A DNA stretch of 64,000 nucleotides from Negaprion brevirostris (taxonomy: Eukaryota): positions 31,195,081-31,259,080 of the forward strand of contig JARDVH010000110.1 in the NCBI GenBank assembly GCA_030324005.1, given 5' to 3'. Made by a program: the position numbers and the translations under genes. Below are positions 26,801-40,058 of the stretch, in pieces; position 1 is the stretch's first letter, and each line of letters starts with the position of its first letter. A model generated the notes under the pieces. It was given only the letters and a program-made list of their open reading frames with translations, did not search any database and was not told the DNA's origin.

Positions 26801-27194
26801 TTGTTTTTACATTTAGAACAGTTGGTATGATCTAGTGAGTATTATACAGACGGCAGGAGGAGGTAATAGAGTCAGTGTTTCAGATCCCAGCATCCACTTT
26901 AATTAGTGTTTATCATTTCATAATTGCTGGCTTAATAAATATAACAATAACCAACATTTCCAAATGTGTGAAGGAATCATGCACTCACAAAACTGATAGC
27001 AAATGCAGAAATAAACTGGAAAATCAAATTACCAATGAAAATGAGCATGTGCTTCTTTCCTGATCCTCCAGCATTTAATGTCATTAAATTCAGCATTCCC
27101 ACTTGTTCTAACACTACTATTGTGTAACTGGCTAATAGACCAGCTTACAGTACCATTACAATGAAGAATTACTAAATGTCCTTCTTCTACTTAC

Positions 27195-27273
27195 AGCGAT
27201 TCAGGCAAATTTTCTTCCTCATTCTCATCTTCCATTGCAAATCTTTCTTCCACCACTTCATCATTTGACTGAA
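27195..27273 (-). CDS. Probable TRIM coding exon 6 (79 nt, acidic linker)
   Basis: poly-T+ag|TT CAG...TCG CT|gtaagt. Translates (V)QSNDEVVEERFAMEDENEEENLPES(L). Phase 1-2, fits the exon 5 output, strong splice sites. Confidence 0.72.
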
Positions 27274-28503
27274 CTAAAAAAAAAAGTTTAAAAATTCATA
27301 CATAGGACAATGATTTATGTTATTCCTGTATACAGCATTACAATCCACAGGTATTACCCTAACTGGATCATATACAGTAACAAATCACATGGAAACAAAA
27401 TAATCATGGTTTAAGAGGCATGTTTCAGGCTTATATGTCACATAGAATTATTATGCGCTACAATTCACAAAATAAAGTTATGCGTTTTCTGTTTAAAAAA
27501 TGTAACCATTAATCAGTTTCCTATACAACTTGTCAATTATATTTATTACCATCAACAACTTTTATTTTTTACAACCTAACCAATTAATAATCCACTTCAC
27601 AATTCCTTTTAGGCCAAGTACCTGGGTTTTCAGCCCCTGCCAGGGCTAGGATTGGAATCAGACTGGAGCTATGAATTGTCCTGCCCAATAGTGCACTGGT
27701 TCCCCAGCTCCATCTCGTCTTTGAGCTGTTCTTACTAAGGTAGAATGTGGGTGGCACTGTGACAGGAATGGGAGTGGGGGTGGGAAGGTGTGAGTGGACC
27801 AGCAAGAATATTCACCTGCACATGTCATAAGGCCAAATAAAAGGAGGCTGCCTTGGACTTTTCAATCAGTCCCTAGGTCTCCACAGGCAGTTTAAGCACT
27901 TGAAGCAGGCCACCAGGCAACAGACGCTCCCTGCCAGCCTGCTCACATCCAAGAGAAACCACAAGCTGCCCTGTGAAGGAGTTCTGCAGTTCTCCCCCCA
28001 CACTGGTGACCTGCCTTTGGATCTTAAGAACAAGGTCATAGCTGGATTGAAGTGCCCTATTATCCTCCTTTGCAATCTAATGCTCCTTCCATGCTGGATA
28101 GCCACAGATTGTTCTCCAGATTGAGAGCCCACTCACTGTCTTTAATTGAACATCAAGCACCCATTTCCACCCCACCCCTCCCCCCCTCCGCCCCTCCCCT
28201 CCCTTCCCCAGGCCAATTATGGGAGTACATGAAAATCAAAAGGAATGACTGTTTCTGCCCATAGGTGCATCCAAGACCAAGAAAATGTCTCTTGAACTCA
28301 GTTCTTACCCCTGGGTGGAAAATCATTGCTCTCTCTCTCTCTCCACCACCAATCCCACCTCTCACCCCCTCATCCTCCAATAGGTATGCTCATTTTTTTC
28401 ATTCCCATATTCTATCTTTCAATTTCTGTCAAATATTTTAAATCTTGTACCATGACAATCATGTGCATTTTGAACTAATTGTAGTTATGTTACCACTTAC
28501 AAC

Positions 28504-28945
28504 TCATAGAAAGATAGAAAATAGGAGCAGGAGGAGGCCATTTGTCCCTTTGAGCCTGTGCCACCATTCATTATGATCATGGCTGATCATCCAACTCAAT
28601 AGCCTGATCCTGTCTTCTCCTTTGATCCCTTTAACTTGAGTGCTATGTTTAGCTGCTTCTTGAAAACACACAATGTTTTGGCCACGACTGCTTCTTGGCT
28701 GACTAATCTGTGGGTGAAGAAATTTCTCCTCATCTCTGTCCTAAACATCCTACCCTGTATCCTCAAACTGTTCTTCTTGCATCTACCCTGCATAGTCCTG
28801 TTAGAATTTTATAGGTTTCTGGGAGATCCCCCTCCCCCCCGCCGCCCTGGCCATTCTTCTAAACTCCAGCAAATATAATCCTAACCAATTCAATCTCTCC
28901 TCATACATCAATTCTGCCACCCCAGGTATCAGTTTGGTAAACTCA
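28504..28945 (-). mobile_element. CR1 LINE 3' fragment
   Basis: catagaaagatagaaaataggagcagg tail; FRTEMRRNFFTHRLV peptide. Confidence 0.85.
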
Positions 28946-29527
28946 TACTATTGCACATAATTTTTCCCATTTTCCTATTGCTGGAGAAAAACAGCTTGAA
29001 GGAGTTTCTGCTTAAGATACTCTATTTACAAAAATACACTTGGATCTCTTCCCTCCCAGATTGATTTTACAGATTATTTTCACACTTGGGAGATTTAACA
29101 TTTGGATTTTTTTTTCACCAGAAGCAAACAGCTCCACTGCATTGGTCATGCAAGCAGTCCTGGAGCTCTTCCAACTGGTCTGGTTTTCTGATCAGGGAAA
29201 TTTCCTGATCAGGGGAAAGTGATTACAGGTTGGGTTCATATTTAGCCTTTAATGGCTTTTGCCAGAGTTTGTCCCCAGGCTAGGATGAGCATTGGCCCTT
29301 AGTGAAACAAATGGAGTTGCTTGATGGTGCATGTAGGCCATTCCCCAAAATAAATATGAATGGTACCAGCTTGAGAAGGAGATTGGAGAAGAAATTTGAT
29401 CTTGTTCCCCTGTATTTTTAGGTAGATTATTAGGAGTGATGTCTAATTTCAGCAACTGTTTTCCATGCTTGATCTCTATCCAGAAGCATGTTGGCTGCTA
29501 TGCTGTTGATTTCTGTTGTGATATTAT

Positions 29528-29631
29528 GGGTGGGATTGTCCAGCCACACCCACCCTAAGAATGGAAAATCCCACCCGAGGTCAATGGACCTTTGTGATTT
29601 CCATGGCGGGTGGGATAGAAAAATTCTGGCC
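29528..29631. mobile_element. Short Harbinger-type MITE
   Basis: gggtgggattgtcc...aaaattctggcc. Internal ccacccgaggtcaatgga is shared with other copies. Confidence 0.62.
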
Positions 29632-29689
29632 GGTGTGTATGCAAAAGGCAAAACAAGGATTTCAACATCAGGAGAAGCCACGCCAGAAG

Positions 29690-31315
29690 CTTCCAGGTAC
29701 AGCACTCTAACCAACCAAGAGCTCATACCAAACAGCATCAAGCCATGATTCAGAAAACATCCAGCCAAGCTATATGGTTAGATAATGGGGACGCCCACAC
29801 CATTGATACACAAAGTGAGCTGACGAACATCACTGTGAACATCAAAGAATATGTTGGCACAGTGGGTACCAATCAAAACCTTTGCCATTGTCCTGATTAT
29901 ATGGCCACAGATGCAGAGTCAGAATGATCTATCTATAAAACTGGAGGCAGATGCAAACATCCTTCCACTTTGTATGCTGAAATGTATAAACCCACACAGA
30001 AGTGGCAGATTCGATCAACCAATGCCAAACTCACTGCATACAATGGCTTGGAGATTCCACCCTTCAGATTCATGAACTAAACTGGAACTGGAAAAATTCA
30101 CACTGTTATCCCAGATATTTTATTTTGTGGGCTCCACAGTGAGCATGTAAGATTCTATCCTTAGTTATGATAATAACAAGACCACGGACTACAAGGAGAA
30201 CCATCAGAATTACTGTGCTTACCTTTAGAGAAGATTGTCTAATTCTGCAACACAGATCACCAACCAACAGGCTACATGACACTGTTTGAACCAACTAAGT
30301 ATATCCATTCTGAACTTGTAAACATCGCGCTGCAGAACAAATGCACAGTTACTATTCGGCAGGCTGGTGTGGACAAACATCCCTAGTCATGACTCAGTGA
30401 TACTGTCAGGCATACATGAGGCATTGCTCAATAAACAGTGAAGAGGAAGATGCCCATGGCCAGCATGTAAGAATGAATTACCCAACCTGAACATCAACAG
30501 AAAGTTCAAATACCTAACCCAATTGATGGCACCAGAAATCAAGCAGCAGCATAGAACCAGGATCATATCAAGCACAAACAACAAACAATTCTACGCCCCA
30601 TCCACCATGGAATCGGAACATTGACCTCAGGTTGGATTTTCAGATCTCAGGTCAAGCAAGGCCATAAAATCTCACCTATTGTGGCAAAAATGATCCAAAT
30701 CAGAACAGTACTGCAACCAGAAACAATGAGCAGTCTTAATGCAATTAGAACACAGTCTGAAAAGCAACACAAACAAAGCATCCATAACCAGCAAATATAC
30801 ATCAACCTCCAACAAAGATCATCATGACTAAGAGTGATAGGCAAACCACCGATATCTTTCAGTAATTCAGTAATTTATTGCTACGTGTTAAAGTACATTG
30901 GCTGGAACTTTACTGCCTCACAGAACGGAAATCTCCTTTGGCTTCTGGCGGTATTTTCCTAGCTCATGGGTGAGGTCATAAAATCCCGCCCAATGTTATT
31001 TTGTTTTGCTGTCATGCAAATAGTTTGATTCTTTAAAGGTAAACATTTGGTTAGAAAATTGGGGAATGTTGTTTCTGATGTGTCATCACCATTAAGGAAG
31101 TATACCTTAAACTGATATCAATCATTATATCCGAAAGGATGTAGTGTATTAGTCCCATATCTAGTAACAGTCTCCAAGCAGCAGCGGTCAAAGTCACGCA
31201 TGTGGCTCACAGCCTCCCTGTGAATATTTATCTGTACATTGACTTAACTTTAAATAAAGAGCCCAGATTAATGTATGGTTAGTAAAGTTACGTCAAAGAA
31301 AAGAAGAACGTAACA
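29690..31315 (+). mobile_element. Heavily decayed Gypsy-like LTR element remnant
   Basis: Protease-like ADANILP at ~29950 and pol-like composition. A purine run followed by tgt...AATAAA...taaca forms an LTR-like end (~31067-31315). Confidence 0.45.
30900..30991. mobile_element. Short Harbinger-type MITE
   Basis: ggctggaactttac...aaaatcccgccc with att/aat flanks. Confidence 0.65.
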
Positions 31316-31955
31316 CCTTCCTGTGGCCAGAGTAACAAAAACAGTTGTTCGGTGCATTGAATATGCAAATCAGGATCTTAGTCCATTTTAGTCCCTAATC
31401 AAAATTCCTCATCGTTTGGGGAAAGTCTGTGCTGCACATGCTCCACTCAGCTTTTCCAGATCTGTGGTACCTAAATGGCCACGTTTGAAAGAAACACCCT
31501 GAGGCTATATCTGGGAAAAATGATATGTTAAGTTTATTATTTTTTTTATTTTCACGTAGCTGAAAGAAGCAGGAATATGGCACTTGGCCGCAGAAAAACA
31601 ATGTGGGTTGTTACCAGCCCAGGCTTGCTTGCATCCTATTCAACTTCACCCCTCTCCACCCTAAGTCAAAAATTTATCTATGGGCTTATTCAGCACTGCA
31701 GCTGGATAAATTTCTGAAGATTCCAACTGTGAGTGGTTCAGGGATGTCTGACTGGCATCTATGGCTTGCTAGTCATGTGGTTATATAGAGCCATCAGCAA
31801 ACATAATCGGCCCAAATCCATTTTTAAGCAAGTTTTTAGCTGGTGTTTCCAGGCAGTTCACCTATTTTGCCACAGATTCTGACACTACTTAAATTTCTCC
31901 ACTCAATTGTCAGTTTATGACACAATTAACATAAATAAATCAACACAATTTCCTG

Positions 31956-32658
31956 GGGTAGAATTTTTAGGATGTTGAGTGCTCGGCACTTGCCATTCCG
32001 AGAGATGATGTGTAACACATTCCCACCAGCACTCTGAATTTAACTGCTATATCACTATATAATTGAGCTCTGATCGGCAGTGGGTGTGACTTGCATCCGC
32101 TCTGGGAAGGAAGTCCAACCCGTGAAAGCAGTTAGGGACAGGCCAGGGGGTTAATGAGGGTCAGAGCCCCCGGGTCCTGGAGGGAAAGATGCCCCAAATC
32201 AGAGGGGGCCTTCAGATTGTGGCACCACCCCCACACCCTACCACCATCCTGCTCGAGTTGTAGATTGATTCATTTTCTGGTTTCCCAGCCCGCTCTCTCC
32301 TGCTGCCACCAGCCTACAAATCGAGGCTGGAGTGGGAAAAGTGCCTTATGAGGCCATAAAGTGGCCACTTGAGGATTTCAAAAGGGGAAAGGGTAGGTTT
32401 GTCCACTCACAGGCATTACGCAGCCCACCATGAAATAGTGGGATCCCAGAGGGAACCCTGTCTGTGCAGTTCAGCATTGGACAGGAGTAGGCACAGTAAG
32501 AAGTCTCATAACACCAGGTTAAGGTCCAACAAGTTTACTTGGTAGTACAAGCTTTTGGAGCGCTGCTCCTTCACTCAACTGAGACTACTTGCTGTGTAAT
32601 TTTATGCTTCCTCCCACTTCAGAACCGGCCTGAGGGTTTGGAGCATAAAATTCTGCCC
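31956..32658. mobile_element. Non-autonomous Harbinger-like element containing a Penelope-like fragment (~32510-32575)
   Basis: Termini gggtagaatttt / aaaattctgccc. Internal aacaccaggttaaggtccaacaagttt...gagcgctgctccttca. Confidence 0.55.
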
Positions 32659-35194
32659 TTACAAATTACTTTGAGTAAAACCAATTATTTTGGTAAGTAA
32701 GTACTACCTTTGTCCTTCCTTTCCCTTTTAATGTTAAAAAGCTTATGATTAGGTAATTGATTTTCATGCTTTGAATCACAGTTATGTTTCCTCTGGTAAT
32801 GTGCTTTTTATTACAAGGTACTTTGCTTCATATAATGCTTTTCCCTCTGTTTAAGTTTGATATCAATGCCAACATCATTGTTCTGCAGTTATCTTTTCAC
32901 TTTAAGACTGCTAAATGCTTACTGCCTATCTCAGGGGTCACATTACACATAAATACAGAATCTTTATCATATGTCTTTTCCACCTTCTTTAAGTACTACT
33001 TAAGCCTCCATAAAACATGTAATTTGTCTTATTCAACAAATACACCGCATTTCACGTATCTACGTCTAACTCCCACACAATAATTATTTGCCTTATAAGA
33101 CAATTTGGGTAGCCTGTCAGCTAGAATTTCTTTCTGACTTGATGTTCCCTACTTTATTTCATCTTCCATATGAATGATAGCTATGCCCTTCCATTTGTCA
33201 TCTTCTAAAGCCTCAAATTTTAACACCAATAAATTGTTTGTTATTTCCCTCCATATTATTTTTCCAATGACTGAAGTATTTTACCAGCTATAGAAGTTTC
33301 ATTCCTCACTACTCTAACGTGCCTAACAGTTGATCTATCAATAAACATTTACCCTTTTCTCATTCTCTAAAAGGACATTCATAATATACCTGTTTCTTGA
33401 TGATTTAAATATACAAAAACACATTGGGGTGGATTTTCTCGCCCAATTCGTGATGGGGGAATCTCTAAAATCGACTGAGTAAGAACAAGACACGTACAAT
33501 GGAATGTGAAAATGGGACTGTGAGATTTTAACCCTTTCTGCTGAACTGCAGTCATCTTCAAGTTCTGAGCTGCAGGAAGTTGATGCTTGCTGTATGCTAT
33601 TGAATTCTATTGGGAGATTTATCTTATGGCGGTGCCGTAAGGTGATGGGTAGATCTATTAAAATCAACTGGCCAGGACTAATAACTGGACACAAATCCTA
33701 TTTGGATGCAAATTCTGGCGAGAGAGGCCCAAAATGGAATTTGTACCGGCGTAAGCTCAGATTGCAATTTGCCCGGGCCCTTCCAGCTATTATGATCAGA
33801 ATCTCACCCAGAAAGGGNNNNNNNNNNTGATTTGAATTCATCTGAATATACTGTATCTCATTCCCAAGGTTAAAATCAGATGGTCCAGCCAATTGGAATC
33901 TTCCAGCCCATCAGCGAGATGTCTTGTGGACACCAATGACTATTGTTCCCAGAAACAGGGACCTGGCCCTAAAGACTGTGAGAAGATGGGAAGAAGTGAG
34001 TGCTGCCCCACATTTACTTCCAGGGCAAAGCAGCCACTGGCCAGATCTCGACAGTCCTTCGTGAGAGCCAGGGGTGTGACTCGTGCTGGGCTGGAGGGGG
34101 CCAAACCGTAGTTCTCCACAATAATGGGAGTAGCAATGGGTCTGTGCAGCCTTGAGATTTGCCTTCTTTATGGTTTAACACACTTTAACAACGCAAGCAC
34201 AAGTATGGACCTGTCTGACCTAAAATCCTCCCACACGACATTCTGCAGCTTGTCTCATAGAGAATCATTTTATATCCCTTAAAGTTTCAAAAGGCTCTGT
34301 GGCTTCACTGTTGCAGTCTGACTACTTTTATTCCTTTGCAGTTACTTGTTAATGTCCAATTTCACACCCCAATAACTATTAGGAGACTCTGTGATCTGCC
34401 TGAGATAGTGTGCCAATATTAAATCTTTTGTGGTTGTTCATTTAAATTCAATTTCACATCCCATCAACTTTTACAAGCTTTATAAAATTAACCAGCTGCT
34501 GTCTGCCTCATAGTGCTATTGAAATTGTTTGTTTATTCAGCTTTTCATGCCCCATTAACTTTTAAGAGCTTTTTTGGATGCACACCTGAGCTGTGGCTGA
34601 ATTCAGATGTTTTTCTAAAGGGATTTTTCACTTCCATCCAAGCAGCTGGCTGAACTCAGTCATTAGAATGCAGGGGTTGTTCAAGGAAGACCTCACAGCT
34701 GCTGTTGAACTTTCAGGCTGAACCCCAGAACATTGGGCAGAATATTTCACTGCCAGAGTTTGGCTGCCAATAGCCCTGGGAGATCAAGGCTCCTGATTTG
34801 AGTGGAAGGAAGTAATAAGACTGAAGTTTGGCAGCCTAAGGGGCTGGTTGCTTATCACCCAGAGAATGTGAGACAATAATGTTCGGGGCTGGTGGGGAGG
34901 TGGGAATATGCACTATTGAGTTTTAAATCACGGGTCATGCAGTGGCTGTCCAGGTGGATGAAGTGCAGAGACATGACAACAATAAGATTGCGAGATGTCA
35001 AAGCCTAAGTATCCACTTTGCCTATTAGTGTTGCCCTTCTCTGCCTCTGAGTGTACAAGTGCTTTTTTACATTCTTGCGAGTCATGTTCATCCAACCAAT
35101 TGGCCATCGTCATTTATCCGTCACCAATCTCAGCTGCCCTCATGCTCCACTGCCCTCATGCTCCACGTCAGGGTTAGGGGTTCAATTCTTAAGT

Positions 35195-35259
35195 GTCAAG
35201 GAGTGAATGCTGGTTGCCAGGATTCCACCTTGCCTGGCAACCAGCATTCACTCCTTGAC
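35195..35259. repeat. Perfect 27-bp inverted repeat at the centre of a larger palindrome (~35040-35445)
   Basis: gtcaaggagtgaatgctggttgccagg / cctggcaaccagcattcactccttgac with an 11-nt loop. Outer arms at ~35041-35113 and ~35368-35445. Confidence 0.93.
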
Positions 35260-35759
35260 TTTGAGCANNNNNNNNNNNNNNNNNNNNNNNNNNNNNNNNN
35301 NNNNNNNNNNNNNNNNNNNNNNNNNNNNNNNNNNNNNNNNNNNNNNNNNNNNNNNNNNNNNNNNNNNATGATGATGGCCAATTGGTTGGACGAACATGAC
35401 TCGCAAGAATGTAAAAAAGCACATGTGCACTCAGACGCAGAGGAGTAGGTGACCATGTGCCCAAACACATGATAGTCCCTATTCTTGCTGATGTAAAGGG
35501 AGGGAATAACCAGAGGAGGAGCCTGTCAGCAGTGTGAAGGGGCAGAGGCAGTGACTGAGATTGTTGAAGTGACGATGTCCTATGGGCAGCAACTAATTGA
35601 TGTAGAGCTGGCTGCGAGAGATGGTGTAGAGTTGTCAGCTTCCAGGATCATGAGAACTAAGGGTGCTGGGAGGAATTGAGGGTCATGGGATGGATGACCT
35701 TACTGACCAATTGTCTGTCTCTCTCTCTCTCCTCTCATTCATCCCAGATTAGTGACATT

Positions 35760-36510
35760 ATGAGCCTGTAGAGCTGGTGATAACCCGAATTACTGCTCTG
35801 GAGGTGGATGTAATGCCAACTCTGACAAGCCCAATCCAGAATGCAGCCTCTGCAGTAGGAGGCCACAGGTCAGGATTAAGATCTGGCAGCCCCTCAGACT
35901 GAGGAGCAGGGGTCAAAGAGACTGCAGAAGGAGTTCTTGGGTTGACAGGACCTATACGTCCCTCACTGACCTGCTGGACACCATGTGCTGCCAAAGTCTT
36001 CAGTTAACCAAGGTGAGAGCATGGCACATCTGCGTCAGTGTGGGACCTGACACCTCATGGGGTAGGACACCTGCTCCCAGTGGCCTACAAATTCATGGCA
36101 GCCCTGAACTCTTTTGCTGCTGGATCAGTTCAGAAATTATGACTGATGACGCCACTGTGTAGGCCTGAGACCGAGTGGAATCTTGTTGTAATGCCATACA
36201 GACAGTAATCAGATGGTGCATAAGGTTAATGAGATGCACTTCCACTGTTTGGACTGCTCTAGCAGTTCTCCTCTGGAAGCCTCAACCTCTGGGTTGTTGT
36301 AGTTTGCTATGCCCTCCATAAACTAACATGGCAGCAAGGTGACATGCTGGAGGAGGAAGAGGAAGACCGTGTCACTTCCTCCGATGAGGAGGTGGACCAG
36401 GAGGGTGAGCCCAAAGAGGACCCAGAGGAAGGAAGGCAGGCAGCTAGGGTGCGATGGGCCAGGAGGACCAGGAAGGTCCTGATCGCCGCCAGATCTCAGA
36501 TTAGGAGGCT
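35760..36510 (+). pseudogene. Harbinger DDE transposase remnant
   Basis: VAYKFMAALNSFAAGSVQ (compare HARBI1-type ALxFYATGSFQ), MHFHCLDCS (compare MRFRCLDRS), VVVCYALHKL (compare IVACCVLHN), followed by an acidic tail LEEEEEDR. Internally deleted. Confidence 0.8.
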
Positions 36511-37049
36511 TGGCATCTGGCAGCTCCATTACCCCTGTATCCTTCAACTGCACCCCACTAATAGAGCCTCCTCCTCTCCCCCCAGCCATCGACCCCCACC
36601 ACCACTCACCCATGACTGGACCTGGGTTGCCAGTGACAGTAACTCACTTGTCAAGGCAGGAAGGTGATGACGACTTGCTGTGAGGGAAGCTCTGATGCTC
36701 CTCAGATTCTGCTTATGTCTGACTCCTGTCTGTCTGTGCTGATTGCACACTGACTCCCAAATTCATGTGTCAGGGTTAACGGTACATTCTTTATCACTAA
36801 GGGGGAAAAGGGAGAAGGTTAAGCGTACGGTGAGTGATGAAGCACTCATTCCAGGGTGTATGTCACTGAGGGTCACCGTTGGGATTGGTTGTAGGGCCTG
36901 CAGGAGGATCTGCATTCTGGGGTCAAAAACAGGGATGTTGTGGTTTTGAGGAGAAAACTTCTTTAAAATGGTGAATCTTAAATTATCAAGTCCCTTATTA
37001 ACAGTGTCTGACTTCACCTGTGCCCAGTCTGTGTTCCAAAAACTTTCTA

Positions 37050-38762
37050 ATTTTACATGGCTTACCACTATACCAACGTGTCTCCCCAGGATGTTGCACC
37101 AGAAGTGGAAGAGGCCTTTGCCTTTTGTGTGCCTTATAGCTTGAAATGCCCTTGGCGGATGTCCTCTGCAGGTCCTAGACCCAGAAGGACCCAGCCAGCT
37201 TTCAGGGTTCCATCACTGTCCTGACATGCACAAGAAGGGGGGATTCAGAGGAGCTGGAGACTAAGTGTTGCCTTGATGGAAGGCCCTGGGATTGTCTCCA
37301 GTGCTTCCTCCTCTCTTGGGAGCTAGGCTACTCCATAGGATGGAGGGGCAGTTGGAGTGAGGTCCAGAAGCCTCTGTGTCGTCTGGCGCTGTCAGTCCTG
37401 ACATTGTCTAAACCAGGTTTTTGAAGCCCTCAGCAAAGGCCCTCGGTGTCTGGACCATGATTCTATATGAGTTGGCCATGCTCTGGAGGCCCTCAGCCAT
37501 GGTCCTCAAACACTGCTCCATGCCTTAAACTCCTCCACTCAAGGCTTAGACATCCTGCCTGAGGCATTTCACTGCTGTCACCACCCTTGCAGTGTTGGCC
37601 TGGGCGCCACACAATGCTGGCAGCATCTCCTGCAACTGAAGGCTTTGCGGCACCTCCAATTGGCCTCCAGTTGTGGGAATTTCACTGACAATCCCGCATA
37701 GATTTCCCAGCTCTGCCTTTGCATCACCAGCAGTTCAGGAAGGAACATGTCCAGGGACACGGAATCTAGCTAAGACACAACTATGTCCTGGATTTAGCAG
37801 ATCTCTGCCCGCCTGATCCCTGGGATGTTGTTGTCTCCATCTAAAGTGTATCAGCATTGTGTGGTACTGATCACATGATGACCCAGAAGCTTGCCTAAGA
37901 TTGTCCACCGAGGTGTATGTCTCTGCGACAGTGGATGGTGCGGATGAAAATTGTGGTGCCTCTTCAGTTTTCCTTGGAGATCTGCTCTGCAGTGTTGTCA
38001 AGGGTGGACGATACCTCTAGATGGCCCGGCCTCATCTTGCAGTGATTCTACAAGACAAGGGACAGTTTCAGTAAATGGGAAGGACAACAGTCCGGCATTC
38101 AACAGCTCATTTGAGACAGGTCACCTGGATTAAAGGGGAAGTGGATCCACATTTCTCTGGTGCAGGCCAACTTCACTGTCAGTCATAGCTCGCTCCTGGC
38201 CTTCCCCTGTGATCCCCATAGAACTTTCTTCATAGGGGGTGCGGAGTCTGAACTCAGGCATGCCCCCATCCATCTTCACCCTTCCCCTTTATTATGGGAT
38301 GTCTTCTCCTGTGGAGAAACAAAGAGGACATTATGGGCTGAATGCCTGGCAGTTCGAGAGTCTATAGCACATGGCATATGTGGGCATCACGCTGTGACAG
38401 AAAGGGTTTTTGATGAAAAGTGCTGGTTCCGAGGAAGATGCTGGGAGGTCAGGTATCAGGAAGCTGCAGGGTGGTAATGGGTGGATCAAGGACACATTCT
38501 GTAGGCACCAGGGGGAGACAGGTGGTCACTCACCCTTGTAGCACGTAGAAGGTCATTCGTCTTCTTGTGGCATTGGGCCCCCAGCTTCTTTGTGCTGGTG
38601 GCACAAGCTATAACTGCCATCACCTCTAGGCAGTGTTAGCAATCTTACTTGGGGTGTCCCTTCAAATCATGAGTAAAGGGTGCCCTGCCTCTCCTGTGCT
38701 GCGTCCAAAAGCCTGGGCAGGTCGCCGACCAAGAAACATGAAGCAGGTCTCCTTGCAGCTAT
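37050..38762 (-). pseudogene. Harbinger Myb/SANT-like (ORF2) gene remnant with introns
   Basis: Exon 1 (38534-38762): ARRPASCFLVGDLPRLLDAAQERQGTLY...CLEVMAVIACATSTKKLGAQCHKKTNDLLRATR|gtgagt, start codon reads ATA. Exon 2 from 38308: EKTSHNKG..DGGMPEFRLRTP. The last exon carries heptads (LLVMQRQSWEIYAGLS...MAEGLQSMA). Confidence 0.82.
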
Positions 38763-39351
38763 CCTCAGGTGCTGGGGCATCATTTAAATGCAATTCCCCT
38801 CTTGTTGGCTGTGCTTAGCTGAGCCCCAATTGGGCAAATCAGATGCGTGGGGCCTCTAGCTTGGCATATTTCACTTAGTCATTTATTTGACTGGTTAGGA
38901 CGATCGCGATTGGGATCCTGCCGAATAGGCTGGCGGGAATCGCACTGTGTTTCCTCCCCAAAATGACACTTGGGAGAATTCCACCTGTTATTTTAGACTG
39001 ATTTTCACCTTTTGCATCTTTTCTGTTTTACATTTGGGTTTATTATTGTTTACTGAATTTCAATTAATGTGTCTACATGGCAGTTTTTTAGGTTCCTTTG
39101 TTCAACATTTTTTTATGTGAGTTCTCTTTGTCTTATCTTTTTTAACTTCTGTATACAAATTCCTTTGTGATCATTTTCTAAATTAACCTCCCTCCTTATA
39201 TGTCTGTTCTATTCAAATTGGTACTACCTATACAAGAGACTATAAATTACATGTATTAAAATATACTTTTATTTTGCACTTACGTACGTATCAATTCTTC
39301 TAAAATGTGGATCACCTAATCAAACTCAACTAATCAGAGCCAACTACTTAC

Positions 39352-39488
39352 CAGGGTGGTCAAAAATGATGGTGTTTAACATCTCAAAGATTCGCTTGGT
39401 CTCCTGTTTGATGGTTGAAATTGTGGTCTCATCCAGTTTCTTCCAGGACACCTTCAGTTTCTCTACCTCAGTATTGTTGTTAGAGATC
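39352..39488 (-). CDS. TRIM coding exon 5 (137 nt, linker helix)
   Basis: aatttcag|G ATC...CCT G|gtaagt. Translates ISNNNTEVEKLKVSWKKLDETTISTIKQETKRIFEMLNTIIFDHP. Phase 2-1 with a consensus donor. Confidence 0.88.
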
Positions 39489-40058
39489 CTGAAATTGTTT
39501 AAAATCAAATATTTCCAATTGACATTATTTGTTCCTCAGTCTCAAAAGCACATTCTGTTTTGTTGTGCACAGTATAGACAAGCAAATTTAAATATGGTTT
39601 TTAAAAGAACATGCAATTTAATTTTTAAATAAATTCCTATAAGAAAGTGACATTGTTTTTATATTCAGTCACAAATATAGATCGTATTGGAGTGCTTCAT
39701 TGTATTGATTATACATAATGTTATTGTGACAAAAATGATGCACAATTGTTCCATCCCTCCTCTTTATCCACAGGAATAAAGGATGTGGGAATGATTAAAT
39801 ATACCAGCCAGAAAATCAACATTATAAATCTCACTTAGTCAAAGGTTGTTTCACTGAAGAACTTGTAGATTGGCTACAAAACAAAGCGTTTAGCATTTGG
39901 TACCAAGATTCAAACCTATTCTGTCAGGTTTGCTTGGTTATGCATTAAGGAAATTCAAATTCATTATTGAATCCAACAGATAATCTGACAAGCAGAAACA
40001 GAAGATTTTGGAAATAGTAAGTCAGGCAGCATTTGTGGAGAGAGAAACAGAGATAATG

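Larger units (their letters stand above)
35480..38986. mobile_element. Decayed autonomous-type PIF/Harbinger DNA transposon (convergent transposase and Myb genes)
   Basis: Plus-strand HARBI1-like transposase remnants and a minus-strand spliced Myb/SANT gene. Right terminus gggagaattccacc at ~38972-38985. Left end uncertain. Confidence 0.85.

Noticed and set aside
31469-31510. Strong minus-strand acceptor with a 40-nt exon (DIASGCFFQTWPFR)
   Set aside because: Weak donor and no partner exon to restore phase before exon 6.
32510-32580. Hammerhead-ribozyme-like Penelope fragment (also ~40800-40850)
   Set aside because: The core motifs CTGANGA and GAAA are mutated or truncated; unlikely to be active.
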